64,000 nucleotides of DNA, taken from the NCBI GenBank assembly GCA_027604505.1, contig JADIIX010000047.1, forward strand, positions 1 through 64,000, written 5' to 3'. This DNA comes from Gonapodya sp. JEL0774 (taxonomy: Eukaryota). Position numbers and translations under genes: made by a program. The notes below the pieces were generated by a model. The model saw nothing but the letters and a program-made list of their open reading frames with translations, was not told the origin of the DNA and searched no databases. Shown here one piece after another: positions 37,364-51,800 of this stretch (its first letter is position 1; the number at the start of each line of letters is the position of its first letter).

Positions 37364-39914
37364 ATGGATATTGACTCCCTTTTCAAGCCGACCCTTGCAT
37401 CAAAACGGAAGCTCGCTTCCAATCCCACCGAAGATACACTGAAACGATTCAAGGGCGACGGTGAATCCGCCTTCCGCACGCGGATCGAAGACGTGACGGA
37501 GACCGAGAACGACAACGGCGTCGGCACACGGAGCAATGGAAACGCGCTACACGACGAGGAGGACGATCCGAGATTCTATGGGTCTGGATTGACTGCGAGA
37601 GAGAAGCAGGTGTTGGATGTGGTGGACGAAGTCTTTGACGAGGTGACGGTGACGGTGTCGGCATTCGAGGGGTTTAACGGGACACTCACGCGCGGCGCTG
37701 TTTCTTTTGCATTGGCTTTGCTTTGCTCAAGGGCGAGGAGGTACTCTACAGGCGTTTCGATTGCGAACCCCCGTTGCTTTGAATCGACGTGATCGTTCCT
37801 TCAACCCCCCACCCCATGCTTTTCCCAGGACGCCCCCGGACTCGATGTGACAGCCGTCCGCAAGCTTGTCTTGAAATGCGAAAAAGCCTTCCAAAAGAAC
37901 CAAGAGATGCGGATTCGCCACGCGTCGGACCCCACAAAGTTCATGGATTCCGAAACCGACCTGGACGAACAGATTCACGCCCTCATGGCCATCACATCTG
38001 CGCCCCACCTGTACCCCGAACTCGTCCGACTGAACTTTGTGCCCTCGATTGTCGCTCTGATATCGCACGAAAACACCGACATCAGTCTGGCGGCGGTGGA
38101 CCTGCTGAACGAGATGACGGACGAGGAGGTGGTGCAGGACGAGGACGGGGAGGAGCAGGAGAAGGGAATGAAGGAGTTTGTGGCGGCAATGGTGGAGAAT
38201 GCGGCGTTGGAGGTGGTGGTGCAGAATATGTCGAGGTTGGACGAGGAGCAGGAGGAGGACAAGAAGGGCGTGTTCACGAGCTTGAGTGAGTTCGTCACCC
38301 GTCTCACTCACTGCGCTCTTTGTCGACAAACCCCTGGGTACCCACTGTGCTTACCCCTGCACACCCACTCAGACCTCATTGAAAATGCCATCTCCGTCGA
38401 CCCCACCCTCGCCGAAACGGTCGTTCGCGCGACCACGCTCCTCCCCTGGCTTTTGACTCGCATTCGGGCCAAAGCAATGGACTCTAACAAACAGTATGCG
38501 AGCGAAATGTTGGCTGTCTTGCTGCAAAGCAGTCGAGGTGGGTGTCGCGAAGGGTGCTCGGGGGGGGTCGGATTGGGGTGCACGGTGAAACGCAGAGCCG
38601 TGGTTCACTGGTCTCTGTGTTCTGTGTGTGTGGGGTTCCTACGGTTTTCTAGAGAATCGACTCAAGCTTGGTGATGTGAGCGTCGGCGGTGTTCATGGTG
38701 TGGACGTTATCCTCGGGTGTCTCTCGGTAAGTTATGTTCGAGTGGTGCGAGCCCCTCGCAAACACAACGTTACAACAAACGCGAACCCTCTCTCCCACTC
38801 TCTCTTTCAATCACTCTCTTTTCTCTTTTCCGATTTATGTCGTGTTCTCACCTGACCCAGCCATACAAACGGAAAGACCCCAAAGACGACGACGAAATCG
38901 AGTTCATGGAGAACCTGTTCGACGCGCTGTGTTCGGCGCTCAACGAACCCGAGGTCAAGGTTAAGTTTTTGGAGGCCGAGGGGCTGGAGTTGATGCTTAT
39001 ATTGCTGAAGTGAGTTCGGGATAACGAGTGGAGGGGTCCGTGACGACGTGCTTGTTGGTGTGAAAAGTGATTGAGTTGAGTTTTTTTTGGTCTCCCTTAG
39101 GGAGAAACTCATGTCCCGCATGCGTGCGCTCAAGGTGTTGGACTATGCCTTGACGTCGAAATCAGACACGGCAGGAAGCTCGGACACGCCTGACCCGACC
39201 CCACGACTTGCGGAGCGGTGGGTTGAGATATTGGGACTCAAAACACTGTTTGCGGTGTTTATGAGGAGGGGGGCGAAGAAGTTCAAGAAGGAGTACAAGG
39301 CGTATTCGGAGAAGGAGGACGACGGTGAGTGGTTGCGCGGGTTGATGATGGGATCGGGGCTGTTGTGACGGATCTGCGCCATCTTATCCGGTATCCTTGG
39401 GGTGGTTCTTGGTTCGTGTCTACAAGAGCATGCCATCTCGGTAATCGCGTCTCTGTTCCGGCACCTTCCTGTCGGAGAATATCGGGACCGTCTGCTGTTC
39501 AAGTTCGAAGAAGAGTCGTTTGAGAAGTGCGAACACCTCGTGCGGACACTTTGGTGCTCATATCTTGCAAAAGCACGTGCGGCAGACGGGGAGATTGCGG
39601 AGGAACGCGAACGGTTGGAGGAGTCTGGAGAGGGAGTGGACGAGGCGGATGAGGAGGACTTTTTACTGCGGCGGCTTGACGCGGGGCTGTTTCACCTGCA
39701 GATGGTAGCTGAAGTAATCGCGCAGCTACTTTCCGAAGCGCCAAATGGTACGAAGGAGTATTTGAGGGAACTTTTTGGCAGGGAGGAGAAGACGGGAGGA
39801 GTGGAGCAGGTGGAGTCGGTGTTGAAGGAGAGGCTGGAGACATTGGGACCGGATGACTCTACAAATGCGAAAAGTAGATTAGAGAATCTTTTGAGTAGTC
39901 TAAAAGGGGAATAA
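37364..39914 (+). CDS. CTNNBL1: Beta-catenin-like protein 1 (Prp19/NTC-associated)
   Basis: KNQEMRIRHASDPTKFMDSETDLD; LISHENTDI; NKQYASEMLAVLLQ; EFMENLFDALC; RRLDAGLFHLQ. Confidence 0.96.
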
Positions 39915-40262
39915 TCAAGAGCAGGTTAAGCGGGGTCGGGTAGGGTACCAGTGTGACCACAGTTGGTATGCCATTGGGTGTGGTGGTGGGACGAGGGGGC
40001 ACCACACATCCATCGACCGAATCCGGGGCAGCAGCGACACCGTGAGTGGGGGCAGTGACATTGTCTGTAGTCTGACATGCTGCTGACTCAGCTGCTGATT
40101 CCATTTGAACCGACTCTTGTCCCCTCTTTGTGCCCACCGCACTCCACTCCCCATTGCAAACACCAACTCGCCGCTTCTTGCCCACCCCCCACCCTCCCCC
40201 TTTTTTTTATTTCCGTCCACTTGTTTATTTGGAATACGCGGACTCCATTTGCGGGACTAAAG

Positions 40263-40976
40263 ATGGCAAAGGAAAAGAAGTCCACCAAGAAGTCCGTCAA
40301 GGAGCAGGTTGTCAGCAGGGACTACACAATCCACCTCCACAAGCATGTCTTTGGAAGGTGAGTAGGACTGGGTTCCTGGAAGCATCGAGCGAAAATGCGA
40401 ATGATTGCACGGCTCACGGCGGAGGACGACAGTGGACAGTGGTTGGAATGGGATTGGATGGTTGGACGGATATTGCAGAGGATTCCAGATGGAGAGCGTC
40501 CTCTCTCCACAAGGACACAGCCTGCGGGACCGGACGACCATCGCCATGAAGAATCTGCTGTCTCAACGACGATCCGCACTTCCTTCAGGACCTTCAAAAC
40601 CCGCGCTCCCAAGGCCATCAAGGTCATTCGAGAGTTTGCCCAAAAGACCATGGGCACCAAAGACGTCCGTCTCGACCCCGGACTCAACAAAGCCGTCTGG
40701 GAAGGGGGTATTAAGAGTGTTCCCACCCGCATCCGTGTCCGATTGAGCCGCAAAAAGAACGATGCTGAGGATGCCACGGAGAAGCTCTACACCTATGTCG
40801 AACACGTCATTGTACCCACGTTCAAGGGTGAGTCCAACCACGTGCTTGGCCACGTCTCTTTATGGTCCTCTTCACGGCCTCGTCATCTCATCTTGCCCGG
40901 CATCAAAAACCACCTCCTTCGCCCCATTCCCTTCTTCCCAGGCCTCTCGACGACAGCCGCAGAAGCCACCGCGTAA
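40263..40976 (+). CDS. RPL31: 60S ribosomal protein eL31
   Basis: [54 protein letters not shown]; two introns. Confidence 0.98.
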
Positions 40977-41236
40977 AGTGGAGTGTGGTGGAGTGGTGGC
41001 GGTGTGGTTTGGTGGTTGAGGTGGGGACGGCGCAGTGTACTTGACGGTAGTAGAGCCATGGTTGAATAATGATTTGCACATATTGTGAATGTTTGTCGGC
41101 CATGATTCGGTTGTTGGTGCGGCGGATCCCAGACTCTCCGGTGTTTTCCTACATAACATGTGTATGCTTTGCGTTGGGCTGCACATCCAAAATCAGCGGT
41201 TTCACAACCACAACCACCGTACCATCCCCGCGACCG

Positions 41237-43836
41237 ATGGGATCGCTCTTCTGGAACCACTCACAAGATCGAATGCGATCAGACCTCCGTCAAGCCGTTA
41301 CCAAATGCCAACAACGGGGCCTGTACCACTCCGCGAAATGGTGAGCGCGACGGGTGTTGGCCCACCTCCCCACCCTCTCAGAAGAACCGCCCGATCTCAA
41401 ACGTACTAGAGCCCTTTCTCACACGTGGTAACTGGATCGTTTTCTTTTTTCCGTCTTGGAAACTCCATCCGTCCACGAATCGCTGCACGGCGTCTCATTC
41501 CACTCCCTGCCCCTGCTCTGTCTTCGCCTCCCTCGGATCCCGCCGCCCCGGACCGATCCCAAGGGCCGCACAGCAGCTCAATGGACTTGTTGAATCAAAA
41601 AACGACGATCACGCTGCTCGTGGAACGTCACGTTTGCGGACGACACCGGGGACGACGCGCACCTCGACCGGCAACAACGTCAACTCTCCTAACACGCCAT
41701 CGCCAATCTATGCCGACGATCGACCCGACGAGAGTCCCATGAGTGATAAGGAGACGGATCGATTTCTTTTGGCGCGGACCTACTTTGATACCAAGGAGTT
41801 TGGTCGCGCAGCCGAGGTGTTGAAGGAGTGTTCCGACGCCAAGAGCGTGTTTCTGAGGCTGTACTCCAAGTATTTGGTGAGTGACTGACTCGTGGTCGCA
41901 CCAGCGTTGATAACGTCATCCCATCAACTGGACATTCCATGGACTTCTCAGTTTGGAGAACAGAATACCGACGAGGACCTTTCGGAACCACTTCGTGAGC
42001 CGCTGTCAAAGCTTACATTTCTCTTCGTCTTTCGTACTGACTTGTGCTCGTGTTTTGTTAACGAGGCTCTTCGGATGGCAAGCAACCAGCGAATAGGGAG
42101 CTTCCTTCCCTCGCTGCCGAACTCGCAATCCTCCACAAGCTCAAAAAAATGGACGGATTCCTCCTTTACCTGTAATACTTTTCCCATCTTCCTCAGTTTT
42201 GGACTCCGAGCTTGCCACTCACCCGCCGTGTCCCTGGTGCCTAGGTATGGCTTGATCCTCAACCGCCTGGACCAGAAGGTCAAGGCAAGCGAAATCCTCA
42301 TCCAATCCATCACCCAATACGAATTCTGCTGGTCGGCATGGCAAGAACTCGCCTCTTGCTTTCCACCTCAAGAAACTGTGGGTGTGGGACGTGCTGGTTC
42401 GCCGCAGTTCCGAGAGGAGCGCGTCGTTTTGACGGAAAAGAAACCCCTCGCAGACCCAGAAAATCCTCCATCAACTCCCTCAGCAGAGCTACATGCTCAC
42501 ATTTTTCAAAGCTCACCTTGCGATTGAGCTTTCGTACAATAGTGAGAACGGATCGACGTACCTCGAGGAGCTCTCACACCTGTTTCCGCGAAGTCGTTAC
42601 ATAAAGGGTCAGATGGCGCTGGCGAAGTACAATACCAGGGGTGAGTCGAGCTCCGAGGCCTCAAGTACTTGTACGGTTGTCTGTATGCTCACTTGGCTCC
42701 ACTCATTCCGATGCGCCAGAGTTTGAAGATGCAGAACGAGTCTGCGAGGAGATGTTCACGGAGGAGCCACACTCCCTCGACCATCTCGATAACTACTCTA
42801 ATGTGCTCTATGTACTGGAACGTAAGGCCAAACTCGGGTTTTTGGCTCACGCGGCGGTCCAGATTGACAGATTCAGGCCCGAGACTTGCGTCATCCTCGG
42901 TGAGGCGAATGAAAACGCATTGTCATCTGTCATCGCTTCCATTTTACATTTTGATATGCACAGGCAACTACTTTTCTAGTCGGCTGGAACATGAGAAAGC
43001 AGTGCTCTACTTCCGCCGTGCGCTCAAGCTGAACAGACGTTATCTTATCGCCTGGACTCTTATGGGCCATGAGTATATGGAGCTCAAGAATACGGCGAGT
43101 GCGATTGAAGCGTATCGACGAGGCGTGGGTGAGCGCAGTCTTTGGGGGGGGGGAGGGCGTGGGGGATTTGGCAAACCACCAACCCTGCACATTGTCCAGA
43201 TATCAACAATCGTGATTTCCGGAATTGGTACGGACTCGGGCAATCATATCAAATAATGCGAATGCCCTACTTTGCACTTTACTACTACCAACGAGCATCT
43301 GCTTTGCAGTGAGTGTCGATCGGCTGTGGATTCTCAGCACACATTTCTAATTCACACCATGGTCTGCGGTGTAGACCCTTCGACTCCCGTATCTGCTACG
43401 CACTCGCAGAAATCTACGAAACCTTGAGCCGTCCGCAGGATGCCATTCGCTGCTACAAAGCTGCCCTATCTGGATCAGAAAGCATCTCGTTGACGTTGTT
43501 GAAGATTGCACAGCTCTATTCCAGTATTCGTGACGACGAGGCGGCGGCACACTATCATGAACTTTGCTTAGAGGAAGAACGGCAGGCCAGTTCCAATGGT
43601 GTGGTGAGTTTCGAATTGAAGGATGTTGGTCGGAAGGGATGTCGCGACTTTAAAACGCGCATCATTCACCACAGACCGCGAGCTTTGCTGAGTCAGCGCT
43701 CTTTCTGGCTCGCTTTTATAAGAACCAGGGTAGACTTCAACAGGCGGAAGCTTACGCGCTGGCGATTGAGTCTTTAGAAGAGGGACGAACACTTGTGAAG
43801 GAGATTCAGGCCCTTCGACAAGCGGGGACACTTTAA
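41237..43836 (+). CDS. CDC23: Anaphase-promoting complex subunit APC8
   Basis: [62 protein letters not shown] repeats. Confidence 0.97.
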
Positions 43837-43953
43837 GTCAATTCAGGCATGAACATTCAAGTAGCGCCTCGATCTAGTAATGTATACCCGCGATGCAGCA
43901 GAATTGTATAATCCATAGCACTGGTGACCGTTGGGACGTCTGAGCAGAGTGTT

Positions 43954-44909
43954 CTAGTGAGCGGACTCCTCAACATGAACTTTGTAAGCCTCTTCTGATA
44001 ACAGCGTCTCGATCTCAGCGGGGTTGGAGAGTTGTATTTTGCAGATCCAACCTTAAGGCCATAGCATATCATTCAGTCAAGGCGGGTTCAATCGAAGTGA
44101 AATTTGGAGGTGCGCGTTGTCCGTGTGAGCATTCTCACTATCTGCTATGAACGCTTTTCAACATTGCACCGTTCACAAACTCACCCTTCTCGTACGGGCT
44201 CTCGTTGATCCATGTCGGGTTCTTGGCCAGCTCCTCGTTGGATTCGATTACCTTGCCCGACACGGGGGCATAAATGTCACTGGCCGCCTTGACAGACTCT
44301 ACGGCGGCAACTTGGGCTAGTGTGCGAATGGGTGTCGGCAGGTTCAATATGTGCGGGAGGTGAAGACGCCGCATTACTGACAATGGGGATTCCTGCCACT
44401 CCTCCATCTGATGGGCAGCCCCCTTCGTTTGAAAAGTTTATCTATCACAACTCACCTCCCTTGTCCACTTCCTTCCCCTCTTCGGGCAACTCCACAAACA
44501 CCACGTCTCCCAGTGCCTGTTGGGCATAGTCCGAAATACCTACAGTGCCTACAGAGTCTTTAACCAGGATCCATTCATGTTCCTTGGTGTAGCGGCGAGA
44601 TTGAGAAGCTGAGGTCGTGAATTTGAGAGGACCGTTGGTATATACATACACGCAGTCGAGTTTCGTATGACAAATCACTCTTTTTCCAATTCCGTCCCTA
44701 TTTTTGGCGTCAATTTATTTCCAGTTGCATTGCGATCCCATCCATGGCCCTCCCTCGGACGAATCCAAATCATTCCTGCTCAACTTACCCGTTGTCACGC
44801 CAAACCACCGCACTCGGGAAACGGACGCAGCGGTAACGGACCGGGAGGGAGTCTTGACAGCTAAGCGAGCGAGAGGAATCGCGGTGGGGATGACACGGAC
44901 GATGGGCAT
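43954..44909 (-). CDS. GCV3: Glycine cleavage system H protein
   Basis: YTKEHEWI...[35 protein letters not shown] (lipoyl Lys); [15 protein letters not shown]-terminal presequence-like exon. Confidence 0.97.
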
Positions 44910-45012
44910 TTTGATAGTTGACTTTGTTGCAAGAGATCAAATCCTTCCCCTTCCGTCCCTTGTGCCAATCATCTTGTCCGTGGTATGTACTTGGGGTTAT
45001 TTGGATTATCAA

Positions 45013-46321
45013 CTACTCCAAATTAATGTCGTCTGTCTTCATTTTCGTTCCATTATTTTCACCGCCCTCCTCCGCCTCCTCCTCATCACTTTCTTCCTCC
45101 CCTACCACTGGTCCGTATTCGGCCCACAGTTCAGCAGCAGGCTCCAACACAAGGCGGCGCACTTTCAAACACCGTCGGCAGGTGGTGGAAAGGTGAGGGT
45201 GGGGTGCGGAAGGATGAGCTGTACGGAGGTATAAAACAGTAAGTGCTGAGACAAACCCGGTGTGTCACAACAGAAGCGATCCTTGGTCCCACTTACTTCC
45301 AACAGATACAGTAGCTGACGCGCCGGGTAAGAGGAGCACACCGCATCTTCGGCATATTGTTCGTTTGAGAGAGGGGTCGCTGGATGAGGAAGAACGAGAA
45401 CCATCAAGTTCAATTTCACGACTGTTGAGTACCACGATTGCAATGCGAGCACGTAATCAAGTTGGTCATTTGTTCGTGGTTGTCACACGTTCTCGCAGAC
45501 ACTCCTACCACGCTCTCCTCACAACACTCCACTTCCACCTCGATTCAGTATCTTGTTTAGTTTTCTTCAATGTGAATTCGTAACGTAGGCCCAATCAAAC
45601 ACACTCACACTCTTAGCACTAGACGTTCGGTGATCGTTTTCATAGTGGCCAAATAGAAACTCCCAAGACCAGCAAGAGAATTATCGAGTGGATCCCCAGG
45701 GGGACCTGAACGAGCACCGACAGCGGCTGTTGTCTTGGGCTTGCTGGGGGGCGTTGGGTTGACGTGAGGGTTACGGGGAACAAATAGTCGGATTCTGGGA
45801 GGGCGGATAGTTTTCCCAGGACCTTTAGCTTTTTTCGGTAGGCGTAAGAGCAGATTTGTGGTATTTTCAAGCGAGGGTCGATGGGGAGGCGTTCGGTCGT
45901 CGACATGAGATTTGGATGAGGGTTGTGAGTGCGTTTGAGGACTTGAATTAGACTGAGACACCAAAGGGTTGGATTCCGTAGTCTGACACTCGTTTGATCC
46001 CTGCATCACTCCGGCTTCATGATGTGCAGACTGCGATGGTGACGTGTAAACCTGTCCGTGTTGCATTTGGAAGGTGCTCTGTGGAGCGCCCACACCACCA
46101 GCATTCACAGTGCCCGGATTCTTCGAGCCATCCAGAGGCCTCAGGTCATGCGAAGCCGCAGGAATATCCGAAGGCGGGTTTGGAACACGTGTCGCCGTTG
46201 CGAGTGCGGCGAGTTGGGTGAGATAGTTCAGTCTGGCGTAGGATTCGGCGTTGAGGATTTTGATCAGGCTCTGTTTATGGTCTCTGACTTTCTTTTGCCA
46301 AGCCTTGTTTTTCTTGCCCAT
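45013..46321 (-). CDS. RPR2: RNase P subunit Rpr2/Rpp21 family
   Basis: YARLNYLTQLA; FYLATMKTITERLVLR; DPSLKRTICRRCGVLLLPG. Start approximate. Confidence 0.85.
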
Positions 46322-46628
46322 CGTGGGCGATTTTGAATCTGTCAGTGAATCATCAATATTGGGTATGGCTGTGGTCACACGCTCTTGTTACTTCTTTCCC
46401 CATTTCCAAGCATCGACCTACATAGCTTTGCGCGGATCTGCCTCGCCTGAAAGTTTATTCTGTATTTGTGGAATTGGTGGCGATTTGGAATTGGTGTCGG
46501 TGTGTCTGGTGAGTTTTCTTGTGCCGGAACTCGGGGACACGTCAGAGATGAAACCCCATTTGGACACTTGCCACAAAAACCATCGCCGTTCAGTCATCCC
46601 GTCTCCTTTCTGTTTTCTTCTCCGATAA

Positions 46629-48717
46629 ATGGCACCAATCGTCTCCAGAGCAGCAGCGCTCACTGTGGGAACCCGGGCACACCGAGCTTCACCTCCAAAC
46701 CCTCACCTCACATCCCTGCTCTCTCCATCACTCCCTGTGACCGCTTCTAGCAGCTCGATCTCATCGTTTTCTTCTTTATCCCGGTCCCGACGTGGTTTTA
46801 GGGGAGGGCTTTCGAGTTACTCTCTTAATGATCAAACGGCAGCCGTCCCCAAACTTGCCGGGTCCCGCTCAATCTCCTTCTGGCCCACCTCTTCGTCTGC
46901 CAGTCAACCTAGCTCCTCTCCATCCGGCGAAGCATTGTCGCCACCGCCCGCTCCCGATTCAGTTCCTTCCTCCCCCGACCCCATCACTTCATCCCCCGAT
47001 CACGCCAACTCCACATGGCAGTATCTGTCAGACTCAACATCTGCTACTGCTCACCAGGTCTCTGATGCGGTAGCTACCACTGGTCGCTACATCTCGGACG
47101 CAGCAAACACGACTGGGAGCTATCTAGGAAGCTGGACTTCTTGGGTCTACGGTGGTGGCAAGCAAACCCCGCCATCACCCGACGTTATCTCTCAAGATGT
47201 CACGTCACCGGACGTTGTCGCTGAAGATATCACCTCTCCCATTCCCTCTTCGGTCGATATGACCCTCGCACCACCCTCAACCATCCCCACCACACCTCTG
47301 CCTGAAACCCCTCTCGACATCCCCTCATCCACCATCACTCCCCCCGCCGACTTCTCCACCCTGACCTCCGCTGCTGATCACCTCTCCACTGCCGCCTCCT
47401 CCATTGACCCCGCGCTTCTCTCCACCCCGCTCCACATCGGCTCCCTTCGCGAACTCGGCTTGGGTTCATTCGCTACCCCGGTCGGCCTCCTTGAGAACCT
47501 CCTCGAAGCCGTCCACGTTTTGTCGGGTGCACCGTGGTGGCTCACCATTGCCGCAACAACGCTCGCCATTCGCGCTTTGCTCATCCCCGTTGTGGGACGC
47601 ATGCAGCGCAATGCGGCGGTCATGGCCAATCTCCAACCTGTCCTTAAACCCCTCCAACAACAACTTACCGAAGCCGCCCGAGCAGGAGACCGAGTGACCC
47701 AGATGCAAAAGACGGACCAGCTAAAGAAACTCTACGCCGAACACAACGTCAACCCATTTGCTATGCTGGGTACCGCCGTGGTGCAGATGCCAATCTGGAT
47801 CTCGTTCTATCTCGCCTTGACCGCGATGGCAGCGCTGCCCGTGCCTGGATTCACTGACCAGGGGTTGTTGTGGTTTACGAACTTGGCGGTACCAGACCCC
47901 CTCGGGTACGCCCTCCCCATGGTGTCGGCTTTGGGATTCTTGGCCGTGTTTGAAGTATGTTACTCGTTGGTGGTCGCTCTTGATGGTGGTAGCACCTGTA
48001 GATTTTGGAGCTCCTCTAACGTAATCGGTCTCTCGTATAGCTCGGCGCCGAAATGAACAAATCCACCATGCAACCCGGAGCAAAGCTTTTCTTCCGTATC
48101 ATGGCAATCTCTATGATCCCAATGACTGCAGCCTTTCCTGCCGTATGTTCTCGACCTTCAGTGTTTCCTAATCCCACAACTTAGTCACTCTGCCCACCTC
48201 ACTCCCCTACCAGGCCATTTTTGTCTACTGGACCACAACCAATATTTTTACCGTCCTCCAAATTCCTTTCTTCCGCGTCCCCGCGGTACGCTCTCACTAC
48301 CGTATTCCCGAGCTCAAAAACGCACAGGCGCCTTTGGGGGCTCGGGATACCAGCTCTTTGTTGTTGGGCGTGGATAAAGTTGGATTGAAGGATGCGTGGA
48401 AGATCGCAAAGGAGGCAGAGCAGGTCATTGGAGAGGAAGCAAAAGTGGAAGCAGTTGAGGCGGCCAAGACGGCAGTGTCTCCCGTGTCATCCCCACAAAA
48501 ATCAGGAGGGTCTACCAGCCCCTCCCAGCCCACTTCTACGTCGGCGCGGCAACCTCTCCCCACGGTGACCGTAGAGACGACCAAGCAACCCCTCCCCACA
48601 GTCACGTACACTCCACCACCGAAGCCCGACGTGGTACCTTCCACAGACTCCGCTAAGGTTGGAGTTGGCGCGACGAAGGTGAAAGTACCAAAGACTAAGC
48701 AAAAGCAAAGAAAGTAG
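46629..48717 (+). CDS. OXA1: Mitochondrial inner-membrane insertase Oxa1/YidC
   Basis: TPVGLLENLLEAVHVLSGAPWWLTIAATTLAIR; QMPIWISFYLAL; GLLWFTNLAVPDP; AIFVYWTTTN. Confidence 0.95.
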
Positions 48718-48832
48718 ACATGCGTCGGAGATTAATGCGCTGTTGTGGAGTGTCATCACAAGTCCCCACGTGCAAATTAATAAATACCAATGATGCTAAT
48801 GATGCTGAAGCCTATAGGCAACTACGACGTGT

Positions 48833-51800
48833 TTACCAAAGAGTAGAATCTCGAATTTCGTCTCTCTTTCGCCTTCTTTTCCGCTCCTCTTCATACCACT
48901 CTCGCTCCTCTGACTGTTCCCGATCCCGCACCGAATCCCATGGTCCACTATCCACCCCACCCCGCTCACTCTTAGAATGTCCGTGTGAGCGCTCAAAATC
49001 TTTTTCTGTTGATCTTCGATGGCTAGTGCTGTCATCCCGATCCTTGTCTCTGCTGCCACTACCGTGCTTGGAGGTCCTTTTCGATTCCGTTACCTCGTCA
49101 ATCACCTTTTCCACCCACAAAGAATCAAAGTCCACGGGGTCGTCATCATCGGAGCGATCCCCGACTTTCCGCTTTTTCGGTCGTTTAGTTGTTCTTCCAG
49201 ACGATTCCAATTCAGGTAAATCGGGATTAGATTTCCCGTTCTTGTCCCTCCCTCGATCTTTTGACTTCTCGTCCTTCCGCCTCTCCCGTTTCTCTTTCTT
49301 TTCTTCCTTCCGCCGTTGTCGTCGCTCCTTTTTCGCCTCCCCATCCCCACTTTCCTCACCCCGACCAATACGTCCGCGATTCTCTTCGACGGTCGAACTA
49401 ATGTCTGAAAAGGCGGGTGACTTGCTCCTACTTCGACTGCGCGTTTTAACACGTACAGGAGGAAGTTTGGGGATCATAGGGCCTGTGACAATCACCACTT
49501 CACTTGAAATGTCGAGCTCTGATGCAGCGGGAATTCCAGTCAGAGAAGGGGCAGGGACGAATGAAGTGTTGGAGGACGCAGGAATGGGTTTTGGTTCACT
49601 ATCTGTTGACTGGCTCGCCTTGGGGCGCTTTGATTTGCTCCTGATTGGGAGAGAAAGGGATGTTGGATCCTCTTCATCCCCATCAAATCCGAGCACAATG
49701 CCAACTTTTCGTTTGCTTGGAGCACTCGCTGCAGCTTTCTGATCCTGGTCAAAGTTCTTCCGCTTGGTGAACACAGGGCGGAAATTGGAAACGTCCACAG
49801 AGGGAGTCGGATCTACAAAGTTCACCTCCACTTCGAGAGACGGCATTGGTCCCTTCGCCTTCTGGGACACGGAAAGCGAAGACGGTGTCACATCGGGGCC
49901 AGCAGACAGGGGATTGGCAGGTTGCGTTGCTGCTGCTTGCGTTGCTGTTGCCGTAAGCGGTTTGATGTCCACAATGTCATCGCCGTCTTCATCATCGTCA
50001 TCCGCGTCACCAAAAATAGCTGCAAAAATATCCATAGGGGGCCTTTCGAGCCTTCCCTCCTCTGGATCGATTGTTGCAATGTCGTCCTCTGGGACCGGCT
50101 TTTCTTCGTTGGTTTCTGCACTATTACCCTTAGTAGAACCAGTTTGTCCATCAGAGCCATTGCGCTGACCCTCAAGTTGTTTTTTGACGTCTGCTCCAAT
50201 GAATGCATACTGTTTCGCTTGGTCTGGAACATCCGCACTTCTGATTCCTGCAAACCCGCCCCCGACAGTTTCCTCCCTCTCACGTACAAGCTTGTCCATG
50301 ACCTCCTGGTTGAGAACCTCTCGCTCACCATCCCGTTTGGTGTTTCCACCAGGAGGACCATCTGGTCGGGGGTCCGGCACATTCATGCGTTTACAGAGAA
50401 GCCGTGCAGGGTAGAACGGCACAATAGATCTTGTTAAGACTCCAAATTTGCGTGAGGAGCTTGGGCCCAGCGCGTCCTTTGCGTCCATTTTGGCCTCTCC
50501 TTCTCTCAAAAAACGATCGGCGAATCCTCCCTTCAGTGGTGCCCAACTGGCTAGGGCAGCTTGGTTTCCAACACCTCCAGTTGCACCGCTCTTTCCGAAC
50601 GCTAAGCCCGCCATCCTGGCTACTCTGACAAATTCTCCCTCTTCCACTTTTCTTTCTAGTTCCGACATCCATGGTGGGGAGGGCGCGAGAGTCTCGTGCA
50701 AACCAGCAAACGTCTCTACGAAACGGCGGTATCTCGCCTGTTTTGCTGGGTCGGAAGGGTATGGTAACGATTGCTTAAGAATTTCCACAGCAATGCTTTT
50801 GTCAATAAGCGATTTGTCGGGCAGCAACGCTTTCGAGGTTCCAGAAACAGCGTTTGGGGAGGGTGCCGAGCCCGCGGCCGCACGTTGCGCAGCTTCTACA
50901 GCTTTTGCGAGTCTGTCCTGATCCTCGGGTTTGATAAGTCCAGTGCTAAACACTGACCGAGTCGGAGCAACAATCTTCTCCTCTCCGAGGATATCCCGAC
51001 GTCGCTCGGCGTCTAGCTGCTGATGCCCTTGCCCTCCGGTCAGGGGCTTACCAGCGCCAGCCTCATTGTGTGCGACAAGAAGGGACCTCTTAAACCCCGT
51101 TGGAGTGATGACAATGATGGGAGGTGGAGAGTCAAAGGAGTGAATGGAGGGCTTCCAATGAGCCGGGAGAGGAGGAGGCGCGAAGTACTTTGTGAATGTC
51201 GCGGCCCTCACGGCAAGACGAAAACTCGCAATGCGGGATGAAGATTCCTTCCGTGATGTTAAGCGAGAAGCCTCAGAGTGAAGGTGCTTCGAGTTGTCCT
51301 CCGACGCTTTGATTGGTTTGCCGACTCCAAACATTCCAGCGACACCACGTCCACCAAGAACCACTCGCGACTGATCTTCGTCATCTTCGTCAAGAACATT
51401 AGTGTAGCCGCTACGGAGGCCGCTTAGCTTGCTATGTGCTGATACAGACTTGGACCGCTGATGCTCGGCACGAATTCCATAGATGTCAATGTCGTCCATG
51501 TCATCATCCTCTTCGAAGACTCCGACGCCAAAAGCTTCGCTTCGATGTTGCTTTGATCTTTCATGTCCTTGATGTTCCTGGTCAAAGCCACTGTCCTCCC
51601 CAACGTTAGAGCGATTACGCTTGTGCCCAGATTCGGCATCGTCACTTCCGCTCATACCATGTTGTGCGACGTAGCCGATACCATGATTGTCACTTTTAAC
51701 CTTCAAACGGATGGCAGCCTCCTCTTTAGGCGCAAATGTATGTGCACGAGCGTGCACATCCTCCTCCTCATCGCTTCCGTCACGTGAGTCGCCTGGGCGA

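Noticed and set aside
40359..40588. snoRNA in RPL31 intron 1
   Set aside because: No convincing C/D or H/ACA box pair seen.
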